From Malacoraja senta (taxonomy: Eukaryota): a DNA stretch of 64,000 bases. This document shows, one piece after another, positions 1-12,580 of the stretch. The notes beneath the pieces are model-generated. The model saw only the letters and a program-made list of their open reading frames with translations, made no database searches and was not told the DNA's origin. Numbering within the stretch: the first letter of the stretch is position 1; every line of letters begins with the position of its first letter. The position numbers were made by a program, and so were the translations under genes. The stretch spans positions 1,116,001 through 1,180,000 of the forward strand of contig CM075981.1 of the NCBI GenBank assembly GCA_038087875.1, in the 5' to 3' direction.

Positions 1-86
1 TACTTAACTATCTATGCTGTGGAAAGGGTGCACGGGACCCCAACCAACATTGATCATTGGAATATCAACATCTGGCTTTCACTCAC

Positions 87-135
87 CGGGGAGCGACGTG
101 ATGAGAAGAGCGGGAATCCACATTATTTTATCCAT
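87..135 (-). CDS. Leader (signal peptide) exon of the next CD300/pIgR-like receptor paralogue, which runs off the left edge of the window
   Basis: Minus strand reads (MDKI)MWIPALLITSLP+G|GTGAGT, a phase-1 donor. ATGs at 135 and 123 are in frame. Paralogous to the leader at 62036-62084. Confidence 0.8.
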
Positions 136-855
136 AGTGACAAGGCTAGCACTTGTCTGCCTGTCGCTCAGCTCTGAGCTCCCAGATACAACCGCATCTC
201 TCAATGAGGAAGAAGGGAACAGGGGGTCAGATCCTGAAGCACAGCGAGCCAACAGCTGCTCGACACGTTGTAGTGTGAAAGGCTTATGGTTATATTTAAC
301 AAATGGTTGGGTCAGATGATAACAGAGTCATAAAGCAGGAACCAGGCCTTTCTCCACAACTCGATAGACCAATATGCTCATCTAAGTTAGTCAAATTTTC
401 TCACGTTCAACCCATATCTCCCCAAACCTTCCCTATCAATGGACCTGTCCAAGTGCCCGTTACATATTGTTATTGCAGCTGCTTCAACCACTTCGCCAAG
501 TGTGATGTATCCGTAAGGATGGAGCTGTGATTATCTCTGTACTCAGAGTCTGTTAACACTGAACAGTGGTGGAAATAATGACAGACAAAAAAATGCAGGA
601 GAAACTCTGCGGGCCAGGCAGCACCTCTGGAGAAAATGGTTAGGTGACGTTTCCGGTCGGGACCCCTCTTGTAAACAATGATACGTTGGATAAAATATGA
701 CATTTAGAAGAGTGGAAACGTCTAAGATGTGTACACTTCCGGATCATTCCCTCTTGATGATTTTGTAAGTGGACCGTCAGATCAAAAATATAATAATTGG
801 AAATTTTGTTTTGGCATATTACTGTTGACAAGGGGCAAAACAGGAAGCTGACGTT

Positions 856-873
856 AGGAAGTAGGGGATTTTC
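856..873. promoter_or_regulatory. Candidate adjacent ETS/PU.1 (AGGAAGT) and NF-kB-like (GGGGATTTTC) sites about 730 bp upstream of the leader ATG
   Basis: Motif match only. The same pair is retained in the paralogue at 62793-62810 (AGGAAGT a GGGGCTTTTC). Confidence 0.3.
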
Positions 874-1321
874 ACCTGAAACCAGCTGAGGTTAATTGGA
901 GTTTGACCCTCTCCTCTATGCTTCAACTCTTAAATTCAAACTTTGAAACACTATTGTCATGATATTCATGTTTTGAAAATGACAATTAATGGTGTTGTGG
1001 ACTGTGAAGAAGTTTGTCTAGAATTACCACAGGATGGAGATCAGGTGGGAAAGCGGGATGTGGAATGTAACTGACATGTGTAATGTAACTCAAACAAGGG
1101 CGAAGTGATACACTTAGTGAAGTTAAAGCAAGGTAGAATATGCACGGTGAATTGAATTGTCAATTGTTAACTTGTCTTCTTTGCAATTCAAAGCTAATAA
1201 ATTATCAGGGTCGTGTTCATGTACATGTCATTTGCTGACTTTGTAAATCTGCTTGAAACAATTTCATTCTGTTATCCATCTACTTCTGGAGTGTGCAATT
1301 AGCAAGACAACTTTAAATAAA

Positions 1322-1566
1322 TACAGCGTGGAAACAGGCACTTCGGCCCACCGAGTCCGCGCCTACCAGTGTTCACCCCGTATACAATTCACTGTGCAAA
1401 TTAACCTACAAACCTGTATGTCTTTGGAGTGTGCGAGGAAACCAGGGCACCCAGAGAAAACCCATGCGGACACAAGGAGAACGTACAAACTCCATATAGA
1501 CACCCGAGGTCAGCATCGAACCTTTATCTCAGGCGCTGTACTGCAGCAACTCTACCGCTGTGCCAC
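1322..1566 (-). mobile_element. V-SINE/HE1-type tRNA-derived SINE
   Basis: Reverse complement has the head gtggcacagcggtagagttgctgc and the core gagtttgtacgttctcc...gggttttctc. Related copies at ~4534-4712(+), 8925-9228(-), 11108-11425(+), 19955-20195(+), 55025-55220(-), 55372-55530(+). Confidence 0.75.
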
Positions 1567-4122
1567 TGTGTTCTACCTGAAACCCACTGACCTGCCAGTG
1601 CAAGGTGCTCTCCCTGAGCGAACATTCTTATACTCTGCATGTTCTTGCTGAATACTTGAGAACCATAGGACATAGTTGGAGAAGCAGAGGATCTACCTTT
1701 AAGGTGAGGGGGGAAAGATTTGATAGGAACTTGAAGGAAGCTGAACAGGGTAGGTTTAGAGCGATATGGGCCAAAGTTCTTTAGTCAGAGGGTGGTGAAT
1801 TTGTGGAATTTATTTCAACAGACGGCTGTGGAATGCAATTCGATGGATATTTTTTTAGGCAGAGATTGACATATTCCTGATTAGTGTGGGAGTCAGGGGT
1901 TATGGGGTGAAGGCATGTGAATGGAGTTGAGAGGGGTAGATAGATCATCCATGATTGAATGGCGGAGTAGACTTGATGAGCCGAAAGGCCTAATTCTGCA
2001 CATAGAACTTATGAACATTGTATGTTTGTGGGTTTCTGCTGCAGTCATATTCTGAGAAAAGTAACTCCAGTCTGAAGTAGGGTCGTGACCTGAAATGTCA
2101 TCTGTCCATTACCTTTCACAGATGCTGTTTGACCCACTGAAGTGTTTTTTGTTGTGTTTTGCTCAACTGCTCATATTAACAGGAAGCACGTTAACCACAG
2201 CAAGATGCAGCTCACACTCAATGTTTCATTCCATAGCACGTTGGGCTTTGATGTGTTTGTACATTGACTGGAAATGCGTTCAAAACAAATAAATGTGTAT
2301 TGTAGGGTGAACAAATTAATGAACAAATATGTCAGGCCCCATTCGGTCCTTCATAACGACACCATGCATTAAAATCATAGCTTATCCTTCATCATGTCAA
2401 TATCCAGTACTAGTTCTATTTCCATAGATCCTTTAATATCTAAGAAACAATTGTTCCCAGGCTAGATTGCATTGGAGTCATAGAGTCATACAACGCAGAA
2501 ACAGGCCCTTCGGCCCAACTTACCCCTTCTCACTGCGTCTGGACAATTGAGCCAAGGAAAACCTCATTCCTTCACCCTCCTGCTCTGTAAGAACTTTGCA
2601 AATTTCGAACAGAGTACGTCTAGAGTTGAGAAGAGGTCCTGTAGCAATGCTGCTAAGACCAGAATTTCCAATCGAACTTTCTTCTGCTACAAACATTTTC
2701 TTTTTTAGGGATGGTTTCAGTGGTCATGACAGTTGAATCTTCTTGGTTTTGGATCTCACCCAGACATTTGCAGTTCAGGCATAGATGTACTCAACCATGT
2801 GGCACTGAGGTGCTCATAGGTCGTGTGCTCATGTACTGGGGAGGGACGTTGTAGACGGGAAAATTTCACATCGACTCTGGGCTTGTTTCCAGAAAAAAAT
2901 ATTTTTATTACAAATTGGGCAACTTTGGTTACACATGTCCTGGGGCAGATGCCCTCAGATACAAAGCATCCATTGCCTTTTACGCATCCCCATCTACATT
3001 ACCTTCCTCCCCTACCTCCAACTTGCATTCCAAGTGAGTACAAAAAATAAAGGAATTCAGGTATATTGCTCTGTTGTGCTGCTGCAAGTACATACTGTAT
3101 TACAATAAAACACACTTGACTCACTTCTTGCACTGTAATAGGCTATAAAAGCTACGAATAGTTCTGCAGTTCCACGCTAAATTACTCCCCTCCCTCTCCC
3201 CATTACCCCATGGCTGCGCAGTATCTAGGGATGGGCTCATGTAAGATCATTTTATTTGCAACTGGTCACTGAGGCAGGTAAAATCCAGTCTTGACCAAGT
3301 TACAGTGAGGTCCTTTACCCAGGCTTGAGGATCATTCTACATCTTGGGCATATCTACCTTAGCCCACTAACCACTTGAACTCTTTTTCTTGCTTGATCCA
3401 TTGCCCCTTTACAGACTTGAACCCACAATATTTTGGCCTAGAGACAATGGGTTGTGGTGTGCTTAGGCTGACCCTTGCAAAGAATGATGATGGGAGGGTT
3501 GGGGAACTGGTGGGTGGAGGGAATGAGGGTGGGTATGACAAAAATGGGAAGCAGTGCCATTTTATCATTTGTGTGCATGATCTAGTCTCATTCATTATAC
3601 TGGTTGATGAAAGAGATTGGCGATGGGAGTGGAATTCATAAGGTCATTAGTGATAGGAGCAGGCAATTTGGCCCATCAAGGCTACTCCGCCATTCAATCA
3701 GCGCTGATTTACCTCTCCCTCCCAACACCACTCTCCTGCCTTCTCCCCATCACCCCTGACTCCTGATGAATTGAACAAACCCACTCAGAAAGAGCTTCAC
3801 AATGTATAACTATAAAAAGATGCCGGTTTATATCAAAGACAAACCCAAAATGCTGGAGTAACTCAGCTGGTCAAGAAACATCTCTGGCGAAAATGGATTG
3901 GTACCATTTTGGGTCAGGACCTTTCTACAGACCATCTGAAGAAGGGTCCCAACCTCAAAGGCCACCTGTCCATTTTCTCCAGAGATGCTGCCTGACCTGC
4001 TGAGTTACTCCAGCATTTTGTGTCCTTCTTTGACAAAGTATAGAGCAGATTAACGCACTGTAATGTGAATACAGTGGTAAAGCAAATATAGCCAAAAACT
4101 CACACCAAATTAAAAATCTCTC

Positions 4123-4398
4123 CTAAGAAATAACAGAGGCATAAATTGTTTCAGAGTTCTCTGGAGTCCCAGTAGAGTGGGGTTTCTGATTGTCCTTTGG
4201 GCAGTTGCGATGAAAATTGACATCTGCGTAGACGACAGCGTTGTCAGCCACATGGTGCCTTGATCTCGACTTCTTTTGACATTTCACCACTGCATACATG
4301 ATTCCACCTTCATTGTTACCCAAATGGTCATCTTCCCTGTTGTTTCCAAGTTGCTGCAGATTTGCATAAATGTGGTTCCCTTCCAACAGTGCCATTTC
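4123..4398 (-). CDS. Terminal cytoplasmic exon of an inhibitory receptor, with ITIM/ITSM motifs
   Basis: Acceptor tatattttag|GAA, phase 0. Encodes EMALLEGNHIYANL...GIMYAVV...AVVYADV...ETIYASVIS*. IMYAVV and VVYADV fit the ITIM consensus; TIYASV fits ITSM. Confidence 0.9.
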   Translation of the reverse strand, partial: EMALLEGNHIYANLQQLGNNREDDHLGNNEGGIMYAVVKCQKKSRSRHHVADNAVVYADVNFHRNCPKDNQKPHSTGTPENSETIYASVIS

Positions 4399-4816
4399 CT
4401 AAAATATAACAAAATTCAATTTTACAACCTAATATATCTGATAGGTCCTCAACAGATGTCTATTGCAAAATAGGTCCCAAACTGTTCAGTGTACAGAACT
4501 AGCCATGGCTGCTGTTTACAACACAAAGATTGCGCAGCACGGTGGAGCAGCGGTAGAGTTGCTGCCTGAAATCACCTACAACAGGTTTGTAGGTTAAATG
4601 GTTTGGCATAATTGCAAATTGCACTTAGTGTGTGTAGGATAGTGTTAGTGTGCGGGGGTCACCGGTCGGCTTGGACTCTGTTGGCCGAAGGGCCTGTTTC
4701 TGCGATGGATCTCTTAACTGGAGTGGACTGGTATTGCTAAATGGCCTGTGTAAACACAGATAATTCAATATTATATATTCTTCATCACTCAGAGAATTTA
4801 TATTTCACATTCCTAC

Positions 4817-4863
4817 CTGGATTTCATTGTTGTCTTCACCGTGTGATGTATTGGAATTGGATT
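4817..4863 (-). CDS. Short cytoplasmic exon (47 nt, phase 1 to 0)
   Basis: atattttccag|AATCC...ATCCAG|GTAGGA encodes (E)SNSNTSHGEDNNEIQ. Its phases link the TM exon exactly to the ITIM exon. Confidence 0.8.
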
Positions 4864-4916
4864 CTGGAAAATATGTTGTCGATAGGGCCATATCAGGAAC
4901 AGGTTTAAACATCATT

Positions 4917-6680
4917 CATATAACCATATAACCATATAACCATATAACAATTACAACACAGAAACAGGCCATCTCGGGCCTTCTAGTCCATGCCGAATAT
5001 TTACTCTCACCTAGTCCCATCTACCTGCACTCAGACCATAACCCTTCATTCCTTTCCCGTCCATATACCTATCCAATTTATTTTTAAATGATAAAATCGA
5101 ACCTGCCTCCACCACTTCCACTGGAAGCTCATTCTACACAGCTACCACTCTCTGAGTAAAGAAGTTCTTCCTCATGTTACCCCTAAACTTTTGTCCCTTA
5201 ATTCTCAAATCATGTCCTCTTGTTTGAATCTTCCCTACTCTCAATGGAAAAAACGTATCCACGTCAACTCTGTCTATCCCTCTCATAATTTTAAAGACCT
5301 CTATCAAGTCCCCCCTTAACCTTCTGCGCTCCAAAGAATAAAGACCTATCTTGTTCAACCTTTCTCTGTAACTTAGTTGCTGAAACCCAGGCAACATTCT
5401 AGTAAATCTCCTCTGTACTCTCTCTATTTTGTTGACATCTTTCCTATAATTTGGCGACCAAAATTGTACAACATACTCCTGGATTGGCCTCACCAATGCC
5501 TTGTACAATTTTTAACATTACATCACAACTTCTATACTCAATGCTTGGATTTAAAAAGGCCAGCATACCAAAAGCTTTTTTACCACCCTATCTACATGAG
5601 ATTCCACCTTCAGGGAACTATGCACAGTTATTCCTAGATCCCTCTGTTCAACTGCATTTCTCAATTCGCTACCATTTACCATGTACGTCTTATTTTGATT
5701 TGTCCTGCCAAGATGTAGCACCTCACACTTATCAGCATTAAACTCCATCTGCCATCTTTCAGCCCACTCTTCCAAATGGCCCAAATCTCTCTGTAGATTT
5801 TGACAATCTAATTCATTATCCACAAAACCACCTCAACATCATCAGCATACTTACTAATCCAATTTACCACACCATCATCCAGATCATTGATGTATAGGAC
5901 AAACAACAGTGGACCCAACACAGATCCCTGAGGCACCCCACTAGTCACCGGCCTCCAACCTGACAAACAGACATCCACCATTACTCTCTGGCATATCCCA
6001 TTCAGCCACTGTTCAATCCATCTTGCTACTCCATCATTAATACCCAACAATTGAACCTTCTTAACCAACCTTGCATGTGGAACCTTGTCAAAGGCCTTAC
6101 TGAAGTCCATATAGAAACATAGAAACATAGAAAATAGGTGCAGGAGTAGTCCATTCGGCCCTTCGAGCCTGCACCGCCATTCAATATGATCATGGCTGAT
6201 CATCCAACTCAGTATCCTGTACCTGCCTTCTCTCCATACCCCCTGATACCTTTAGCCACAAGGGCCACATCTAACTCCCTCTTAAATATAGCCAATGAAC
6301 TGGCCTCAACTACCTTCTGTGGCAGAGAATTCCAGAGATTCACCACTCTCTGTGTGAAAAATGTTTTTCTCATCTCGGTCCTAAAATATTTCCCCCTTAT
6401 CCTTAAACTGTGACCCCTTGTTCTGGACTTCCCCAACATCTGGAACAATCCACCGCTTTACCCTCATCAATTTCCCTAGTAACCTCTTCAAAAAATTCAA
6501 GAAGATTAGTCAAACATGACCTGCCAGGCACAAATCCATGTTGACTGTTCCTAATTAGACTCTGTTTATCCAGATGATTATATATATTATCTCTAAGTAT
6601 CCTTTCCATTAATTTGCCCACCACTGACGTCAAACTAACAGGTCTATAATTGCCAGGTTTATTCTTAGATCCCTTTTAAA
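4917..6680 (-). mobile_element. CR1 LINE 3' half (RT) with (ATGGTTAT)n tail, interrupted by a second CR1-type 3' end at ~6114-6449 with (TTCTATGT)n tail
   Basis: ORF fragments contain [17 protein letters not shown] and RTRGH motifs. The host sequence resumes on both sides of the nested insert. Confidence 0.9.
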
Positions 6681-7039
6681 CAATTAATTCATACATTTCA
6701 TTCATTTGTTCTATGTACCTTCTATATCTCTCGTTTCCCTTTCCCCTGACTCTCAGTCTGAATTCGATTCGAAACGTCACCCGTTCCTTTTCTGCAGAGA
6801 CGGACCCTGACCCGCTGAATTGCTAGAGCATTTTGTGTTTATCTTCAGTATAAACCAGCATCTGCAGTTCCTTCCAACACACTGAAACATCTACGTGTTG
6901 TGTGCAAGACCTTATATTTAGGAGAACCCCAAAGGTACTGCAGTATATTTGCACGAGCGGAGCAAGAATCTGCCCTGTTGTTCTGGTTACTTGTACATAT
7001 TGTTCAGAATGGATCATATTCCCTGTGCTCTACCCATCC

Positions 7040-7460
7040 CTCCCGAAAGCTGCCTAAACCTACCTGATCTCCCAGTTGTTCAACACTTTAACTACCACTC
7101 TCATTCCCACATTAACATTTCTGTCCTGGGCCTCCTCCGTTGTCACAGTGAGGCCCAGCGCAATTTGGAGGAACAGCACCTCATATTTCGTTTGGGCAAT
7201 TACACCCCAGTGGTATGAACATTGACTTCTCTAACTTCAAGTAGCCATTGCTTTCCCTCTCTCTCCATCCCTCCCCATTCCCAGTTCTTTGACCAGTCTT
7301 ACTGTCTCCAACTACCTTTTAGCTGTGTACCACCCACTCCCCTGACATCAGTCTGAAAAAAGGGTCTTGATCCGAAGCGTCACACATTCCTTCTCTCCAG
7401 AGATACTGCTTGTTCCGCTGAGTTACTCCAGCATTTTGTGTCTATCGTCCTTACCTTCTC
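7040..7460 (+). mobile_element. Penelope-like element 3' fragment (end of GIY-YIG endonuclease plus 3' repeat)
   Basis: PDLPVVQHFN...LEEQHLIFRLG matches the Penelope-type ORF at 54246-54818. Confidence 0.75.
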
Positions 7461-7469
7461 TGCTCCAGC

Positions 7470-7850
7470 AGGTTTTCATAAGTTCAGTAAGTGATAGGAG
7501 CAGAATTATGCTATTCGGCCCATCCATCTACTCCTCCATTTAATCATGGCTGATCTGTCTCTCCTTCCTAACCTCTTTCTCCTGCCTTCTCTCCACAATC
7601 CAGGACACCTGTACTAATCAAGAATCTATCTGTCCATCTATGCCTTAAAATATCTATTGACGGCCTCCATGGCATCCTGTGGCAAAGAATTCCACAGATT
7701 CACCACCCTGTGACTAAAGAAATTCTTCCCCATCTCCATCCTAAAGGAATGTCCTTTACTTCTGAGGTTATGACCTCTGGTCCTAGACTGTCCCACTAGT
7801 GGAAACATCCATTCTATATCCACTCTACCCAGGCCTTTCACTATAGGATC
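7470..7850 (-). mobile_element. CR1 LINE 3' end
   Basis: Encodes MFPLVGQSRTRGHNLRSKG...FFSHRVVNLWNSLP. Confidence 0.8.
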
Positions 7851-8541
7851 TTTAAATGAGGTTCGCCCCTCTTTTCCATCTTTCCCTGTTTTATTCAGAC
7901 TGTTTTACTTTCCACTAATGCTCTCTGACTGAGAGACAGCTCTGTGAACTTTCAAGTTTTCATCGGCGGTGGAGATAGTTGGCAGCTTGGGGGTTCATGG
8001 GCGTTCACATCTTGGATTACCTGTCCAAGCTAGGCCTGCCCTGCCTCCTCTGGAAGCTCCTGCCATTTACCCACTGCCCTCTGTGTGATGCAGGTATGTT
8101 ATACGTTGTCTATGTCCTTGTGAGGCTGCAGGCGGGATCTTCATTGTAACAGTACTTCGCCATGCTTGTGCATTTGACAATAAACACGACTTAACCTGAT
8201 TCAAAATACAACAGCTAATCACACAAACCATATTCTAACAGCTGAGAGGATGAGAGTATAAATGTAATTCTTACTTCTACCTAGCCTCTTAGTTCTCACG
8301 CATCTCTGCCATTTCAAACTCAGACAGTTTCTGTACAATGATGTTCAAAGAACAGTTTTTGTCACCGCGTCACCACGATAGCATCAAACATGATAACATT
8401 ATTGATCATTCATGCTTCCTCCTACATTTTATTACTTTAATGCATGGCATTTGTTGATTAGAACAGAATTAAATCTCTTGACATTCTGCAAGGAACTGAG
8501 ACATGTATTGTGAAATTATTTAAGGGAAATCAGAAACTCAC

Positions 8542-8630
8542 CCTTGGTTTTACGCTTTCGGTAGCAAAAGAAGGCAATGATGAGAATCAGGAGAAGCGCA
8601 GTGACACCAGACACAAATATGTAAATGATC
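8542..8630 (-). CDS. Transmembrane exon with no charged residue (inhibitory type), 89 nt, phase 2 to 1; absent from the ORF track
   Basis: ccctattctctgtccgacag|G ATC...AAG G|GTGAGT encodes (R)IIYIFVSGVTALLLILIIAFFCYRKRKTK: a hydrophobic span followed by a basic stop-transfer motif. Confidence 0.88.
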
Positions 8631-10868
8631 CTGTCGGACAGAGAATAGGGAAGGGTGAGACATGGCTCATCATTGATTCTTGGCCTTCAGTAAAGAACAA
8701 AAGTCAAGCATTTATATGGCACCTTTCATCATTTTTATGAAGTGTGCAGCAAAGGAAATGAGGTGTAGGGTCTGTTTCGGTGGGTAATGCTCCAAGTAAG
8801 GTGACATTGACCAACAATCGTGAAACCTGTTGAAGAGCAATTGGGTCCAACCATTAAGGAAAGATGCATGGGAACTGTTACACTTTTATAGCAATGATTA
8901 ATTTAGTTTAGTTCAGCTGAGTTTGGTTTAGTTTACTTTAGAGGTACAGCATGGAAACAGGCTTTTCAGCACACCAAGTCTTCATCGGCCAGCAATCCCT
9001 ATACACTAGATCTACACTAAACATTAGAGACAATTTATAGAAGCCAAGTAACCTACAAACCTGCACGGTTTTGGAATGTGGGAGAAAACTGGAACATCTG
9101 AAGAAAATTGGAGAAAACCCACGTGGTCACTTGGAGAATGAACAAACTCCATACAGACAGCAATCGTAGTCAGGATCGATCACGTCTCTGGGGCAGTACG
9201 GCAGCAATTCTACCGCTGTGCCACCATGCCACTGTTATTGGAGTTTTCATATCTGACAGCTAGCACACTGCCCTCCCTCAGTACTGCAATGGTTTGCTAT
9301 CCGAGGGATTTACCCAAATATTTGCAGCTATCCTTGAAACCACCACTGTGAAGGGGGGGGGGGGGGGTGGGGGTGGAGGGGAGGTGTTGGAGATGGTCCG
9401 TGCATTTGAGTGCCAGATGGCGTGTAGGAGACCGTTCCGTCCACAACCCTGTTCCAACCTCGGTGGAGAGAACATCATGCCAAAGAGAAATAAATGGACT
9501 TGGTTCACAACAAATCTCACCCCATTGCCATTTTCAACTCCATGTCCACCTCCACCAACATTGGTTTGGACAGTGACCGTTCGCTTCGAGCTGTCTGGAA
9601 TATGGAACATCTTCAACATATCCAGATGGCGGCTCACCACGACCATCTCAAGGTCAGCATTGTGACCTAACGTGTCTACCACCCAGGGTCACGTTCTAGG
9701 TGGAGACACTTCCTGCTGTTGGAGTGACTGACATTGAGACTTTGACCAACGCTGCAAGGTGTTGCCATAAGTGATGTGTGGCGTTTTAGCCCACAATTCA
9801 CTAAGCATTTTCCTATCAGTACCACACCAGAGCAGGTCACAGCAAGGCAAAGCAGCAATACTTAGGTTTGGCAACAATACTCATCTCACGCTATGGGATG
9901 AGGTTGGTGATGGAGAAATCATGGTGAATTCCGCAGGGAATGCCCTCTGAAGGGCAACAAATGGAGGAACTTGTTCTATTCCTTGGCTTTTGACCCTGCA
10001 TGAGACTTTGTTCCTGTTTTAGTGTTTCTATTGTTTTTTTTAAATTGGTTTTACTGTTTAAAAAAAAGTTTTTATTGTTTTGTTTTATGTTAATGATTAA
10101 GTCATGTACAGCACTTTGTTGCAACAGTGGTTGTTTTTAAAGTGCTCTATAAATAAAGTTCAGTTCAGTTCAGTTCTTATCACCCAAGCATATACACAAC
10201 ACAATGAGATGTAAACCAGTGCAATTTCCTTTCTGATGAGTTAAATATTATCTGGTTTGCAAGTTATATACATATTATTATAGAATAAGGTGATAAGAAA
10301 TAGGAGTCGAATTAAGCCATTTGGCCCATCAAGTGTACTATACCATTCAAACATGACTGATCTATCTCTCCCCCCTAACCCCATTCTCCTGTCTTCTCCC
10401 CATAACCTCTAACACATTGATCATCGTTACTTTTTTACACATCTTTCATTCATTCTTTTATATGTTTCTGTATCACCATTGATATCACTCTCGTTTCTCT
10501 ATCCCCTAACTCTCACTCTGAAGAAGGGTCTCAACCCAAAACGTTACCTTTCCATTTTCTCCAGAGATGCTGTCTGACCCGCCGAGTTACTCCAGTTTTT
10601 TTGTGCCTATATTCAGTTTAAACCTGCATCTGCAGTTCCTTCCTACACATTGAAAGCCACATATACAGCCCACACATAGACGGCACCTAAGTTCAGGCTT
10701 GTGAAGCTGTGGTTCTACTGGCTGTGTCACTGTGTATTCAGATCATTACTCCAACTCGCCTTTAATGCCAGTGAACGGAAGATACAACTTTCTCCCATTT
10801 GAAGCAATCCCAATCAAAACACCAGCAATTAGTACATGGCACCTTTCATTGGAAACAGAGTAATTTAC

Positions 10869-10917
10869 CTTGAAGAATCATTGGATCCTTTCGAAGTTTC
10901 ACAAGAATATTCATGTC
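10869..10917 (-). CDS. Stalk exon (49 nt, phase 1 to 2)
   Basis: tttttatttccttgttccaacag|GACAT...TCAAG|GTAAAT encodes (G)HEYSCETSKGSNDSS(R). It bridges C2b' to the TM exon and has a paralogue at 19732-19780. Confidence 0.85.
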
Positions 10918-12259
10918 CTGTTGGAACAAGGAAATAAAAATCAGTTTCACTGCTTTTCATTGCAGTTGAACAAGAGAGCATGCTTGTCCAATGAAAGGAG
11001 TTTATAGGCTTAATAGACAGGGCAATGTTTCTTCATTGTAATTTGCAGCAGATGGGAGATGTTGTCATGATAAGCTGGAGCACGGATTACAACTCAGGTC
11101 GCCAACAATACGGCAGCACAGTGGTCGAGTTGCTGCCAACGAATACAGCCCGAGTTTCGATCCCGACTACGGGTGCTGTCTATACGGAGTTTGTACGTTC
11201 TCCCCGTGACCTGTGTAGGTTTCCTCCGATATCTTCAGTTTCCTCCCACACTCAAAGACGTGCAGGTTTGTAGGTTACATTTGGTCAGTAAATGTAAAAA
11301 CTATCCCTAGTGGGTGTAGGATGGTGTTAATGTGCGTGGATGGATCTCAGGTCGGCGGGTCCTCGTTGGGCGGCGCGGACCCATTGGGCCGAAGGGCTTG
11401 TTTCCACGCTGTATCTCTAAACTAAAGACGTGCAGGTATGTAGGTTAATTGGCTTCTGTAAATTGTCCCTTAATTTAGAATTGTCCCTACTTGTAGAATT
11501 AGTGTACCGGTGAAAGGCAGCTGCTTCCACGCTGGATCTCAAACTAAACTGGATAGATGGGGTTTTATTCCACACAGGAGAGGAACGAGGAAGCTATTAC
11601 AGGTGTGCAAAGCTATCAGGGACATAGATAGGGTACTTCGTGGGAAATTAGCACAGCAGATGTGCGTAGAAGTGGAGAACATTGGGTTGGGTTAAGGAGT
11701 AGAATATTTGGAGGGTATCTGAACAATAAATATTTTTAAACCTAGATGGTGGAGGCACTTGAATTGTCAAGTCTGAGAAGACTATTGATGAGGGGCTGGT
11801 AAAAATGGGATAAGTATCGATGGCACTTAATGATAACACAGTGAACCAAAGCTGATAGAGTCTAGGAGTTAACTGTGGCCACATTTACAGATAATTTCTG
11901 TTCCCTTCCCATATTTGAGTGTCGGTCATGTGGAGATGATGGAAAGTGAAAGTGCTTGGACTGATGTCACTGCAAACCTAGTTTAAAGCTGTGTCAACAT
12001 AAGAGGAAGTTCTAGCCGGGAAGCTGGCCTACATCAGCACTGGGAAATCTATTTCTGGAGCCCAGCAACCAAGTATTGACAAATAGGCCATAATTCCATC
12101 ATTTTAATCTTGATAAGTGCATGGATTTCAGGGTGTCTGGGGTTAGGGTGAAGATAGATCAGCCATGATTGAATGGTCTATTTCTGCTTCTATCACATGA
12201 TCTTATGAACCACCCCACCCCCACTCTCCCTTATTCTCCTCATTCCCTCCACTACTTAC

Positions 12260-12580
12260 CAGTGCCGTTGATTTTCACTAGGAAACTGCAGCGCACGTCA
12301 CTGCTGGAGATGGACACGTTGACCATTTCACTGGATTTTGTTCCATTATTATTTGCGGCTGTGCAGTAATATTGATGGTGCTGGTGTTTGAAGAATTGAC
12401 AATGTAGATCCAGGGAATTGTTGTCCGTGATATTTGAATCCACAGATAGGGTCTTTTCATACCAGGTGTAGCTAATGGGAAGTGATCCCCGGACCGACTC
12501 ACAGGACACTGTCACTGAGCCCCCGAGACAGGAGACACTGACTGGTGACAGAAATCCAAGCACAGGAACAGACACGGTGT
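12260..12580 (-). CDS. FCRL-like Ig C2 domain exon (C2b'), intact, 321 nt, phase 1-1
   Basis: ctttccacag|ACACC...ACTG|GTAAGT encodes DTVSVPVL...VTVSCESVRGSLPISYTWY...YYCTAANNNG. The C.S..GS.PI.Y.W and Y.C.A.N patterns are typical of FCRL/CD31-type C2 domains. Confidence 0.92.

Larger units (their letters stand above)
1..1270. repeat. Segmental duplication of the leader/promoter block, paralogous to ~61950-63200
   Basis: Colinear similarity at ~61.9-kb offset, e.g. atctatgct(g/a)tggaaagggtgcacgggacccc and acacttccggatcattccctcttgatga occur in both. Confidence 0.9.

Noticed and set aside
3251-3256. AATAAA (minus strand) as the poly(A) signal of the inhibitory gene
   Set aside because: It is a single hexamer ~870 nt past the stop in AT-rich sequence and cannot be supported without transcript data.
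8280-8345. Possible extra cytoplasmic exon just after the TM exon
   Set aside because: The required phase-1 frame hits TGA within four codons, and the 4817-4863 exon already satisfies the phases.
9888-9945. Ser/Pro/Thr-rich mini-exon (RAFPAEFTMISPSPTSSHS) with a good acceptor and GTGAGA donor
   Set aside because: It is phase 0-0, incompatible with the phase-2 stalk/TM junction.
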